From Myxococcota bacterium (GTDB lineage Bacteria; Myxococcota_A; UBA796; CAJQPC01), in the NCBI GenBank assembly GCA_036012755.1, contig DASCPX010000016.1, positions 128,001 to 192,000 on the forward strand: DNA of 64,000 bases, in the 5' to 3' direction. Both the position numbers and the translations under genes were made by a program. Shown here in pieces: positions 17,415-26,055 of the stretch. The notes below the pieces were generated by a model. It saw nothing but the letters and a program-made list of their open reading frames with translations, had not been told where the DNA came from and did not search any database. How positions within the stretch are numbered: position 1 is the stretch's first letter; each line of letters opens with the position of its first letter.

Positions 17415-18204
17415 CCACCGCGATCAGCTGGAAGCGGAAGGTGCGCGCGCGGTCGTAGGTGCCGGTCAACGACAGGCAGGCCTCGTCGAAGGAGATCGTG
17501 CGGATGTGGCGGAAGCCCGCCGCGTGAACCATCGGCACCGGGTCGCTGCAGCCGAAGCGGAAGGGCTCGCCCAGGCCCTCGACGAGATCGGAGAGCCCCT
17601 CCTGGACGTCGCCCTGGACCAGCCTCTGGTTGACGAGGTCGAAGTGGAGCACGCTCTCGGGATGGAGCCCCTCGGCGACCCTCGACAGGGTGGCCTCGAC
17701 GGCGGCGCGAGTCAGGTAGGGCACGACCCCCTCCCAGACGATCGCCGCGGGAGCGTGAAGATCGAGCCCCTCGTCGGCGAGGCGCTCCACGAAGTCGTCC
17801 TGCTCGAAGTCGCAGCCGACGTAGGTCGCGACCTCCAAGGGGTAGTCGAGCTCGCCCAGTCGCCTGAGCTTCAGGGCCTGGGTCTCCGGGTGATCGACCT
17901 CGAAGAAGCGCACACCCGGGCTCGCCAGGCGCTGGGCTCGGGTGTCCAGTCCGGCGCCGAGGATCACGACCTGCTGCATCCCGGAGCGGACCAGGCTCCG
18001 GACGTAGCCATCGAGCGTGGCTGTGCGCACGGCGATCCACAGCTCCCCGTGGGGGAAGACCGCGTCGTGCATGCGGGCGTACTCCAGCCCGGCTTCACCT
18101 GCGAGGTCCGCCGCCCAGGGGTCGCTGCAGACCTGGCCACGAGCGCTCGCCCGGCCACGGTATGCGGCCACCAGGAGCGCTGTACGGCTTCCGCCCTCGA
18201 TCAT
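17386..18204 (-). CDS. SAM-dependent methyltransferase (leucine carboxyl methyltransferase/Ppm1-like family)
   Basis: TALLVAAYR, DPWA, QVVILGAGLDTR, FEVDHP, WEGV. Confidence 0.9.
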   Translation of the reverse strand: MIEGGSRTALLVAAYRGRASARGQVCSDPWAADLAGEAGLEYARMHDAVFPHGELWIAVRTATLDGYVRSLVRSGMQQVVILGAGLDTRAQRLASPGVRFFEVDHPETQALKLRRLGELDYPLEVATYVGCDFEQDDFVERLADEGLDLHAPAAIVWEGVVPYLTRAAVEATLSRVAEGLHPESVLHFDLVNQRLVQGDVQEGLSDLVEGLGEPFRFGCSDPVPMVHAAGFRHIRTISFDEACLSLTGTYDRARTFRFQLIAVVSRERCLDP

Positions 18205-18419
18205 CCGTCATCCTTGGCCCGGCAGTGTACCCAGACCCCCTGCATCGCCACGTTGCAGGCCATGTCCCCCCGGTCACAGGCCTCGAGGACCCAGGCCTGC
18301 ATGCGAAAGGGGTCGCTGGGCACGCCCTCGCAGAAGCCAGGGGTGGAGCGGGCGGCATCCAGGCAGGTCGGGACCCAGATCTGGTGGTACAGCACCTCGT
18401 CCATGTTGAAGGCCATCAT
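18201..18419 (-). CDS. Small Cys-rich hypothetical protein (72 aa)
   Basis: GC-rich third positions in this frame; stop overlaps the methyltransferase ATG (ATGA). Confidence 0.5.
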   Translation of the reverse strand: MMAFNMDEVLYHQIWVPTCLDAARSTPGFCEGVPSDPFRMQAWVLEACDRGDMACNVAMQGVWVHCRAKDDG

Positions 18420-18438
18420 CGAGGGTGTTCGACATCCC

Positions 18439-19473
18439 CTAGAGGTCCGCCAGGAACTCGCGGACCTCGGCGAAGGCCGCCCCGCGTCCGAAGTGCAGCA
18501 TGTGGCCACCGGGGAACCAGTGGATTCGTGGCCGGCCCCAGTGCTGCCACAGGAGCTCCACGTGATCGGGGCGGGTCACGCGGTCACCGCTGCCGGCGAT
18601 GATCATCCGGCGGTCCCGGGGGACCAGCGGCTGGAGACGCAGCGGCGAGTGGACGGCGTACAGGTCGCGCAGGGTGTCCACCGTGACGCCGCGCTCCTCT
18701 GCGGCCCGGCGCTGGGGGTTCCTCTCTCCGAGCTCCCACATCAGGTCGGCAAGCGACACCATCGGGACCATCGGGATCACGAAGGACAGCCTCGGCTCGA
18801 CGCTGGCCAGCAGCGCCGCCACGTAGCCGCCCAGGCTCTGCCCCATGACGCCGACGGGCCCCTCGATCGTCTTGATGAGGCCTCGCAGATCCCAGATCGC
18901 CTGACCGAAGGTCTCGTTCGTCCTGCGGGGGCTGGTCCCGGGGAAGAGCTGGCCGCCGTAGAGGGAGCCCTTGGGGGTGCGCGGGCCGTGGAAGGGCAGG
19001 ATGAAGATGAAGACGTCCAGGCCGCTGCGGTAGAGCTCGCGGAGCTGGAAGGCCTCGCGGGTGAACAGGAAGCTGCCGGTGGCCCAGCTGTGGACCAGGA
19101 TCACCGTGCCCCGACAGCCCCGCGGGTGGCGGAAGTGCTCCGCGTGGCAGGTGGTGTTGGCCTCCCAGCTGTCGAAGCGCGCCTGGTAGTCCGGATCGCG
19201 GGTGCGGTAGTTCGAGGGCCAGCGCAAGCGCTCGATGCGCCTCTCCAGCGGGCGGGTCCTGCGCTCGATCCTGGGGGCCGGCGGCTCGACGAAGAAGGAC
19301 TCCCGCTGCCAGCGCGGCGAGGTGTAGAAGTCGAAGCTCAGGGCCTGTCGGGCCTGGCGCGACTCGTCGTTGGGGTTGCCGCCCAGCATCCACATCAGCT
19401 CCAGCGCTGGGACGAGGGATCGGTCGATGCTGGCGCTCCAGGCGCTCGACATCCGGCGGGCGATGACGGACAC
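18439..19473 (-). CDS. Alpha/beta-hydrolase (esterase/lipase-like)
   Basis: LPFHGPR, GQSLGG nucleophile elbow, GDRV, GGH. Confidence 0.88.
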   Translation of the reverse strand: MSVIARRMSSAWSASIDRSLVPALELMWMLGGNPNDESRQARQALSFDFYTSPRWQRESFFVEPPAPRIERRTRPLERRIERLRWPSNYRTRDPDYQARFDSWEANTTCHAEHFRHPRGCRGTVILVHSWATGSFLFTREAFQLRELYRSGLDVFIFILPFHGPRTPKGSLYGGQLFPGTSPRRTNETFGQAIWDLRGLIKTIEGPVGVMGQSLGGYVAALLASVEPRLSFVIPMVPMVSLADLMWELGERNPQRRAAEERGVTVDTLRDLYAVHSPLRLQPLVPRDRRMIIAGSGDRVTRPDHVELLWQHWGRPRIHWFPGGHMLHFGRGAAFAEVREFLADL

Positions 19474-19493
19474 GAACGAAGGATACTGCAGCG

Positions 19494-20822
19494 GTGAACC
19501 TGTTTCTCGCCCTGTCGTGCACCTACGAGCCTCCTGGCGGTGGGCGCCAGGCCGTGTGCAGTCCCTCGGCCGCGTTCGATGGCGACCTCGGGCGGAGGAT
19601 GGGCCTCAGCAGCCACCTCGAGTGGGGCGAGGCCAGCGAGGCGCGAGACTTCGAGCTGGCCGGGTGGGAGGACCTGGGGGTCGGCGTCGTGCGGCGGGAC
19701 CTGACCTGGTCGGTGCTGGAGCCGGCCCGAGGACAGTGGGACTTCGCCCCCGCCGATCGCGCGGTGGAGGCCATGGAGTCTGCCGGGGTAGAGCCGCTGG
19801 GGCTCCTGGACTACGGCAACAGCTGGGCCAGCGAAGACGGCGAGGGCATGGGGCCTCCCGATGATCTCGCCGACTTCGGCGCCTACGCCACGGCTGTGGC
19901 CCAGCGCTACGAGGGGCGCATCCACAGCTACGAGGTCTGGAACGAGCCCAACGCGGGCCTGGCCTTCTGGAAGCCGGAGGAGGACCCGGCGGCCTACGGG
20001 GCGCTGCTCGTGGTGGCCGCGGACGCCATCCACGCGGTCGACCCAGAGGCCGAGGTCATCTTCGCCGGCGTCTTCCACCCCGACCTGGGACTGAACACGC
20101 CGGGCGAGGAGTTCATCGCTGCGGTGCACGAGGCGGTACCGGACTTCGCCGAGCACATCGACGCCATGGCCTTCCACCCCTACCGCTACCCCTTCACCGC
20201 GCCAGAGGACGACGAGTTCCAGCGCACCCTCGAGCAGGAGCTGTGCGATCTCCGGGACTTGAACGCCGAGGTCGGTGCCGGAGAGATGCCGCTGCACATC
20301 ACCGAGCTCGGCTGGCACACCGCCATCGATGCCCTGACTCGAGGCGCGACCCAAGAGCAACAGGCCAGCTACCTGGTGCGCAGCTCCGTGATCGCCTTCG
20401 CCCACGGCGTCGAGTCATTCCACTGGTACACCTTCCGCGACTCCGGGGACGACGACGCCAACCAGGAGCACGCCTTCGGGCTCTACGGCTGGGACGAGGA
20501 CCCCACCACGGCGCCCGAGCCCGAAGCCAAGGCGGCAGCGGTCGCCTACACGGTGCTCGTGCGGATGCTCGGCGGCCACGACACGGTCGTCGACCTCGCC
20601 GAGCTCCTCGGGACAGAGGCCCACGTCTACGAGCTCTCCGGCGGCGCTGGTCGCACCCTGGTCTTCTGGGACCCCTCCGGCGAGACCGAGGTGCTCGTGC
20701 CGGGGCGAGGCACCGCCTCGCTGATCTCGATGCTCGGCGAGGAGTCCGAGCTCCGCGCTCGAGGCGGCGCCTTCACGGTCCAGGCTGGCAACTCTCCGAG
20801 CTACCTGGAGCTCCCGGAGTAG
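19494..20822 (+). CDS. Clan GH-A glycoside hydrolase (GH39/GH5-like) lipoprotein
   Basis: EVWNEPN acid/base, FHPY, ITELGW nucleophile; MNLFLALSC lipobox. Confidence 0.82.
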   Translation: MNLFLALSCTYEPPGGGRQAVCSPSAAFDGDLGRRMGLSSHLEWGEASEARDFELAGWEDLGVGVVRRDLTWSVLEPARGQWDFAPADRAVEAMESAGVEPLGLLDYGNSWASEDGEGMGPPDDLADFGAYATAVAQRYEGRIHSYEVWNEPNAGLAFWKPEEDPAAYGALLVVAADAIHAVDPEAEVIFAGVFHPDLGLNTPGEEFIAAVHEAVPDFAEHIDAMAFHPYRYPFTAPEDDEFQRTLEQELCDLRDLNAEVGAGEMPLHITELGWHTAIDALTRGATQEQQASYLVRSSVIAFAHGVESFHWYTFRDSGDDDANQEHAFGLYGWDEDPTTAPEPEAKAAAVAYTVLVRMLGGHDTVVDLAELLGTEAHVYELSGGAGRTLVFWDPSGETEVLVPGRGTASLISMLGEESELRARGGAFTVQAGNSPSYLELPE

Positions 20823-20829
20823 CGGCCGC

Positions 20830-21216
20830 CTACTCCAGGAAGAACTCCGACACCTCGGGCGTCTTCAGGTGACGCCAGCTCGCCCACCCGAGTCCACCGA
20901 AGAGCGCCGCGGCGAGGACCGCGCCCCCGAACTCCTGGGTGATGAGCGCCCCGAGCACGGTCGGCAGGCCGTAGAGGGCCCACCAGCCGAGGATGAGGCG
21001 ACGTGCCCAGGGGTGGCGCTGGCGGATCGTCATGATGATGGCGCCGTGGTAGGCGGCGATGAGCAGGCAGAAGACAAAGCCCACGATCCCGACAGCGACT
21101 TCGCCCTGGCCGATGGCCAAGAGCAGGACCAGGCCGAGCAACAGCGCGACTCCGCCCAGCGCCCAGGCGGTGAAGTAGGCGAAGAAGATCAGGGTCGGGG
21201 TCTCGGTGCGGGACAT
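20830..21216 (-). CDS. Small multi-pass membrane protein
   Basis: Four hydrophobic segments; GAGGA RBS. Confidence 0.7.
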   Translation of the reverse strand: MSRTETPTLIFFAYFTAWALGGVALLLGLVLLLAIGQGEVAVGIVGFVFCLLIAAYHGAIIMTIRQRHPWARRLILGWWALYGLPTVLGALITQEFGGAVLAAALFGGLGWASWRHLKTPEVSEFFLE

Positions 21217-21262
21217 CTGGCTTCCTCGAATAGCCCGCCTCTGGGCGCGAGTCTATGCGACG

Positions 21263-22439
21263 TCACTGCAGGCGACGCAGGGCCGAGGCCAGCTCGAGTG
21301 CTCGCCCGAGGGCGGCGGCGAGCTCGCCGAGTCCCTCAGCTCTCAGTGTGACGCCTTCGTCGTCCACAGAGGACGCCGGGTGGCGGTGGACGACCTCCAG
21401 CAGCGGGCCGACGAAGTCCTCGTCGTCGAAGAGGGCGACAGCTCCTGGCTCTCCGCCCACCGCGATCAGGCTGTCGAGGACGGGGTTGTGGAGGTCGATC
21501 GGCTCTTGGACGTTGCCCGAGCGGTCCGCGTGGACCACCTGAAGGTCGAAGGGTGGGTCGATGCGGACCTTCACACAGGTCTCCCGGCTGCCGAGGCGAC
21601 TCACCCGGACGGCGAAGCCATCGATCTCACCGGAGAGCTCGTCTTCGTGGACCTCGAGGCCCAGATCCTCGGCCGCGTCGACCCAGATGTGCGGCAGCGG
21701 TCGCTCCTCTCCGCTCTTGCTGCCGCGTATGGCGAGCTCGTCGTCATCGTCGTCGTCATCGGCCAGGTACTTGCCGAGAGCTCGGATGAGGACGAACCCC
21801 AGGGTCAACAGCGCCACTGCGACCGAGCCGATCTTCCACCAGGCGAGGCGCTCGACGGTCGGACCGGGGTCGCCGTGTCGCCAGTCGAAGTCGAGGCGCT
21901 CGGCGAGGTCCTCAGCCGTAATCGCCGTGGTGGGTCCGTCCATGTGGCGGACCCCCCCCCAGTTCGTTCCAGTAGAGCACCGGTTCACCGGGCTCGGTCG
22001 GTGCGGGGAGGTCGGTCACGAGCACCCCAGGCGTGCTCCTGTCGGTGACGCTTCCCTGGACCGGCGCCCCCGAGAGCCGGGGGCTCCAGATCTGTTTTCG
22101 TTCATAGGGCAACGAGTTGCGGATCGGAAAGCAGGTCGGATCCTGCGACGGGTATCGAAGCAGGGCGAGCTCTTCGTCCCTCCGGACCACCTGTGCCTCC
22201 ACCCGGTTGCCGTCGGTGAACCACAGCTCCACGCTGTCGTCGTCGACGAGCAGCTCCGCGGCGGCGAGGGCGAAGCCCGCGGGACTTATGACCAGGGCCT
22301 GACCGCCCCGCTCCAGTCCGGGCATGGCGGCGTGGACGTTGTCGAGCTCGTAGATGCTGGTGTGGATCTCGCCCGTGCAGTGTTGGACCGTGAGCAGGCC
22401 CTCCTCCGGATTCGCACAGGCCAGGGACAACAGCAGCAT
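21263..22439 (-). pseudogene. Frameshifted lipoprotein: degenerate trypsin-like domain + TM + C-terminal domain, split at a G9 tract
   Basis: MLLLSLAC start; VISPAGFAL..AQVVRRDEELALL..GEPVLYWNEL resembles trypsin_2; G9 at 21952-21960; G8 would fuse it to ORF 21263..21988. Confidence 0.6.
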
Positions 22440-22508
22440 CGAGCCCGTCATGCTACTCGGCCATCCCCACGTCGTAGGATCCGCAGGATCAGGCTCGAGG
22501 TGGATTAA

Positions 22509-22841
22509 ATGGCCTACGTCGTAGGCGAACCCTGCGTCAACTGCAAGTACGGCGACTGCGTGGACGCCTGCCCTGTCGACTGCTTCTACCAGGACGACAG
22601 GATGCTCTACATCAACCCGGCCGAGTGCATCGACTGCGACGCCTGCAAGCCGGAGTGCCCGGTCGAGGCCATCTTCCCGGCCTCCGAGGAGCCCCCCTAC
22701 GACCAGACGGGGTGTACGCACGTCGCGGCCTACTACGTCTGGCTCGGCGAGAGCTTCGACTACTCCGAGCACCGGCGCGTGACCTCCAAGGAAGAGGTCC
22801 ACAACGGCTCGGACTGGGACGAGAGCATCGCGATCAAGTAG
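22509..22841 (+). CDS. fdxA: 7Fe (FdxA-type) ferredoxin
   Basis: [19 protein letters not shown] and [17 protein letters not shown]. Confidence 0.9.
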   Translation: MAYVVGEPCVNCKYGDCVDACPVDCFYQDDRMLYINPAECIDCDACKPECPVEAIFPASEEPPYDQTGCTHVAAYYVWLGESFDYSEHRRVTSKEEVHNGSDWDESIAIK

Positions 22842-22865
22842 TCTGGAGAGTCGAGGGAGCGACAA

Positions 22866-24233
22866 ATGCAGAAGCGGAGCGCCTGGATGAGTGTGGTGGT
22901 GGGCTTGCTCGTGTCCACGACGGCATGGGCCCAGCAGCGCCCTGGAAAGATCGTCGTCGACTCCGGCAGCGCCAAGGGCGAGATCGTGCTCGACGGCTTC
23001 CCGACGGGGATCATGGCGCCGACCACCCTGGAGTCCGTGCCCCCCGGCGAGCACGTGATCGAGGTCGAGTACGGCTGCATGTTCGCCACCGGCACCGCGC
23101 AGGTGCGGACGGAGGAGACCGTCACCGCCCACATGACGGTCGAGAACCGCGGCGGCACCGGGACGATCCGCGTCCGGGGCCTCCCGCGTGGCGCCGAGGT
23201 CTACATCGACAACGCCCCCAGCGACGCGCTGGGGCTGGAGGACGGCTCAGAGGTCAAGTGCGGCGCCCGGCGGGTCCGCGTCGAGAGCCCCGGCTTCGAG
23301 GCGTGGGAGGACCTCGTCGTCGTGACAAGCGGGAAGTGGTCCACGGTCGAGCCGGAGCTCGTCCAGGCCGAGATCGTCGAGGAGCCGCGGTACGTCGAGC
23401 GCGAGGTCCCACGCTACGAGGAGCCCGAGTACGACGACCTCTCCGATCTGGACGCCGAGTACGACATGGACGATCCCATCGACGCGGCGCGCCGCGCCGA
23501 GGAGGAGCGTCGCAGGCAGGCCGAAGAAGAAACCCGCCGCGCGCAGGAAGAGGCCCGTCGGCGCGCCGAAGAGGAGCGCATGGCGCGCTTTGGCGACATC
23601 GACAGTCTCGACGAGCCGGTGGTAGAGGAGAGCGGTCGCCGAGGTCGGGATCGCGACGATGAGGACGCCCGTGACGAGCTCGACGAGCTGGACGGGTTCG
23701 GGGACGAAGAGGAATACGAGGACGAGTACGAAGACGAGTACGAAGACGAGTACGACGACGAATACGACGAGGTCGACGACTACGACCGCTACGGCGACCT
23801 CGACGAGGAGCCCAGCGGACGAAGGGGCCGGTCGGAAAAACCCGACGACCGGCTGGATGCCAGCTCTCGGAACAGCAAGCAGAGCGAGGGGAAGCCCTTC
23901 CCCGTCCGCGGGGCTGGTGTGGTCGGAGGCGTCGCCGTCGCCGGCGCGGGGGTCGGGCTCGTCGCCGTGGGCACTTCTCGCCTCAACGCGTACCAGCCGT
24001 CCTACGACGTCCTCGTCGGGAACGACCCCCTCTCGCCGGAGGCCATCAACATCAACAACACCCAGCTCAAGCCAGCGAGGCAGATTCGCGGCCTGGGCTT
24101 CGGTCTAACTGGTGTCGGGGTCGCGGCGGGTGTCGTCAGCTACTTCCTGATCCCGCCCGCGTGGAACACGCAGCTCGTGGTGGCGCCCGAGAAGGATGGC
24201 GGTGGCATCGCGGTCCTGACAGTGGAGTTCTGA
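22866..24233 (+). CDS. Secreted PEGA-domain protein with acidic/coiled linker and C-terminal hydrophobic segments
   Basis: Signal peptide ..AWA; two PEGA-like repeats (IVLDG..PGEHVIEV; GAEVYIDN..PGFEAW); EDEY repeats. Confidence 0.78.
   Translation: MQKRSAWMSVVVGLLVSTTAWAQQRPGKIVVDSGSAKGEIVLDGFPTGIMAPTTLESVPPGEHVIEVEYGCMFATGTAQVRTEETVTAHMTVENRGGTGTIRVRGLPRGAEVYIDNAPSDALGLEDGSEVKCGARRVRVESPGFEAWEDLVVVTSGKWSTVEPELVQAEIVEEPRYVEREVPRYEEPEYDDLSDLDAEYDMDDPIDAARRAEEERRRQAEEETRRAQEEARRRAEEERMARFGDIDSLDEPVVEESGRRGRDRDDEDARDELDELDGFGDEEEYEDEYEDEYEDEYDDEYDEVDDYDRYGDLDEEPSGRRGRSEKPDDRLDASSRNSKQSEGKPFPVRGAGVVGGVAVAGAGVGLVAVGTSRLNAYQPSYDVLVGNDPLSPEAININNTQLKPARQIRGLGFGLTGVGVAAGVVSYFLIPPAWNTQLVVAPEKDGGGIAVLTVEF
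23713..23772 (+). repeat. 12-bp coding tandem repeat (EDEY)n
   Basis: GAATACGAGGAC GAGTACGAAGAC GAGTACGAAGAC GAGTACGACGAC GAATACGACGAG. Confidence 0.8.
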
Positions 24234-24261
24234 GCCCCTGGACCCACTGAGCGCGGCTGTC

Positions 24262-25221
24262 ATGGCGGTGGCCTTCGTGGCGGTGGCCGCGGGCTTCGTC
24301 ATCCGCAAGCGCCAGAGCGATGCCTTCGAGCGGGTGATCAAGTGGCTCAAGGGCAGCCGGCAGGTCGTCATGGCCCGCCGGGTCGGTCCCCAGACCGTCG
24401 AGTTCGAGCTCGAAGAGGGTGTCGGGGACATCACCCTGCGCACCTACGCTGGCGCCCGCGGAGACGGGCTGCGCCTGGCGATCACGGTGCCGCTGTCGCG
24501 GGAGCTCTCGGAGATGGTGCTCACGCCGAGGGGCCTCGTCGGCAACAGCGACGGCGTCCTCACCGGAGACTCCACCTTCGACGGCAAGTGGCTCCTGATG
24601 TCCGGGCGTCCGGACGCGGCGCGGCTGACCTTCGGGCCCTCGGCGCGCTCTGTGCTGAAGGGGGCCAAGCTGACCAGGATCGAGATCGGCGGCCGGAGGC
24701 TGGTGCTGAGCCAGGACGATGGAGTGCCCAGCGTGCCCCTGATGGTGTCCGCCTTCCGGCTGGCCCGCGCGCTCACCGGGGGCACCTGGCGGCGCATCGC
24801 AGAGGACCTCGGGCTCACCATGGAGGGCGAGTCCCTCGCCGGAGTGATCGAGGGCTACGAGACCCGGATCCGGCTCTGGGGCGGCAAGACACGTGTGGTC
24901 GTGGCGGTCGCCGGACACGGCCTGACGGCGATCCACAAGGCGCACGCCAACTTCCGGGGGGTGACGCTGGGGAACCCGGTCCTCGACGGCCTGTTGGCTC
25001 TGAACGGCGATCCGGCGCTCCTGAAGGAGCTGCTCGAAGACGAGGAGCTCATCGGCCCCCTGCTCGAGGTCGTCCACGGCCACCCCGGTTCGGTGGTCAG
25101 CCCCAGCGGTGTCACCCTCGAGGTCCCCGGAGTAGCGGGCGAGGAGCTCCGCGGACTAGTGGCACAGGCCCTCTGCCTCGCTCGAGCCCTGAGTCCGGAC
25201 CAGGGCCCCCCAGTGAGTTGA
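24262..25221 (+). CDS. Membrane-anchored hypothetical protein; C-terminal domain paralogous to that at 21263
   Basis: N-terminal TM; NPVLDGLLAL...GPLLEVVHGHP matches NPVLDSLIAV...GPLLEVVHRHP. Confidence 0.7.
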   Translation: MAVAFVAVAAGFVIRKRQSDAFERVIKWLKGSRQVVMARRVGPQTVEFELEEGVGDITLRTYAGARGDGLRLAITVPLSRELSEMVLTPRGLVGNSDGVLTGDSTFDGKWLLMSGRPDAARLTFGPSARSVLKGAKLTRIEIGGRRLVLSQDDGVPSVPLMVSAFRLARALTGGTWRRIAEDLGLTMEGESLAGVIEGYETRIRLWGGKTRVVVAVAGHGLTAIHKAHANFRGVTLGNPVLDGLLALNGDPALLKELLEDEELIGPLLEVVHGHPGSVVSPSGVTLEVPGVAGEELRGLVAQALCLARALSPDQGPPVS

Positions 25222-25252
25222 AGTCCTCGCCCGTTGGTCCGATGAGTGGGGC

Positions 25253-26017
25253 ATGGAAGGGATCTTCGATCTCGTGGGCTTCGCCTCGCGGAGGATCGGC
25301 CACGCGCTGCTGCTCTCCGGCGTGGGCTGGGATGTGCGCATCAAGTCCAAGCGACACCTGCATTTTCGCTGCGCCCGGGGGGCGGGAGGGATCAGCCTGC
25401 GCGTGCCCGGACAGGTGCTGGTCAAGCTCCCGCTGGGAGTCCCGGTGCCGGGAGCCAAGGCCTTCCGCGACGGCGACGGCTTCTTCGCCGTAGATCCCCA
25501 CGATGTCTTCTCGGGGCCCGCGATCACCCGCTGTCTGCACCAGGCAGGCGTGAGGCGGGTCGAGACCCGCGGCGACCACCTCGAGCTCTCCTTCGACGAC
25601 CACTCCGACTGGCGGGTCACGAGCGCTGCCCTGGCCGCGGTCCTGCGACTCTCGGACGCCATCGTCTACGCGCGCTTCGGCGCGCCAGTGTTCAGGCTGG
25701 GCCTGGCCCTCGGCCGCCACGAGGCCTTCGGCGTGATCGCTGGCCGGGCGGTGCGGCTGCGCTTCGCACACAGCGGGGCCGACCTCTTCGTCCACGCCCG
25801 TGGCAGGGAGTTCCACGCCCTGGCAGGCGATCCGGCGGAGTCCTCCTTCGTGCTCGGCGCCCTGAGGCGACTGGGCGCGCACATCGCCCCGGACGGGGTC
25901 CACTCACAGACTCCGCCCCTGTCTCCAGAGGCCCTCCTCGAGCGGGTCGAGGCCCTCGTCCTCGCCGCAGAGGTCCTCGACGACCGAGTCGCGGCGAGGC
26001 TGCGCCGAGCCAGCTGA
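25253..26017 (+). CDS. Hypothetical protein
   Basis: 254-aa ORF with coding-like codon use, co-oriented with its neighbours. Confidence 0.6.
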   Translation: MEGIFDLVGFASRRIGHALLLSGVGWDVRIKSKRHLHFRCARGAGGISLRVPGQVLVKLPLGVPVPGAKAFRDGDGFFAVDPHDVFSGPAITRCLHQAGVRRVETRGDHLELSFDDHSDWRVTSAALAAVLRLSDAIVYARFGAPVFRLGLALGRHEAFGVIAGRAVRLRFAHSGADLFVHARGREFHALAGDPAESSFVLGALRRLGAHIAPDGVHSQTPPLSPEALLERVEALVLAAEVLDDRVAARLRRAS

Positions 26018-26055
26018 GGGCGGGGGCGGGGGTTATTCCCGCTCCGAGGTGACCG

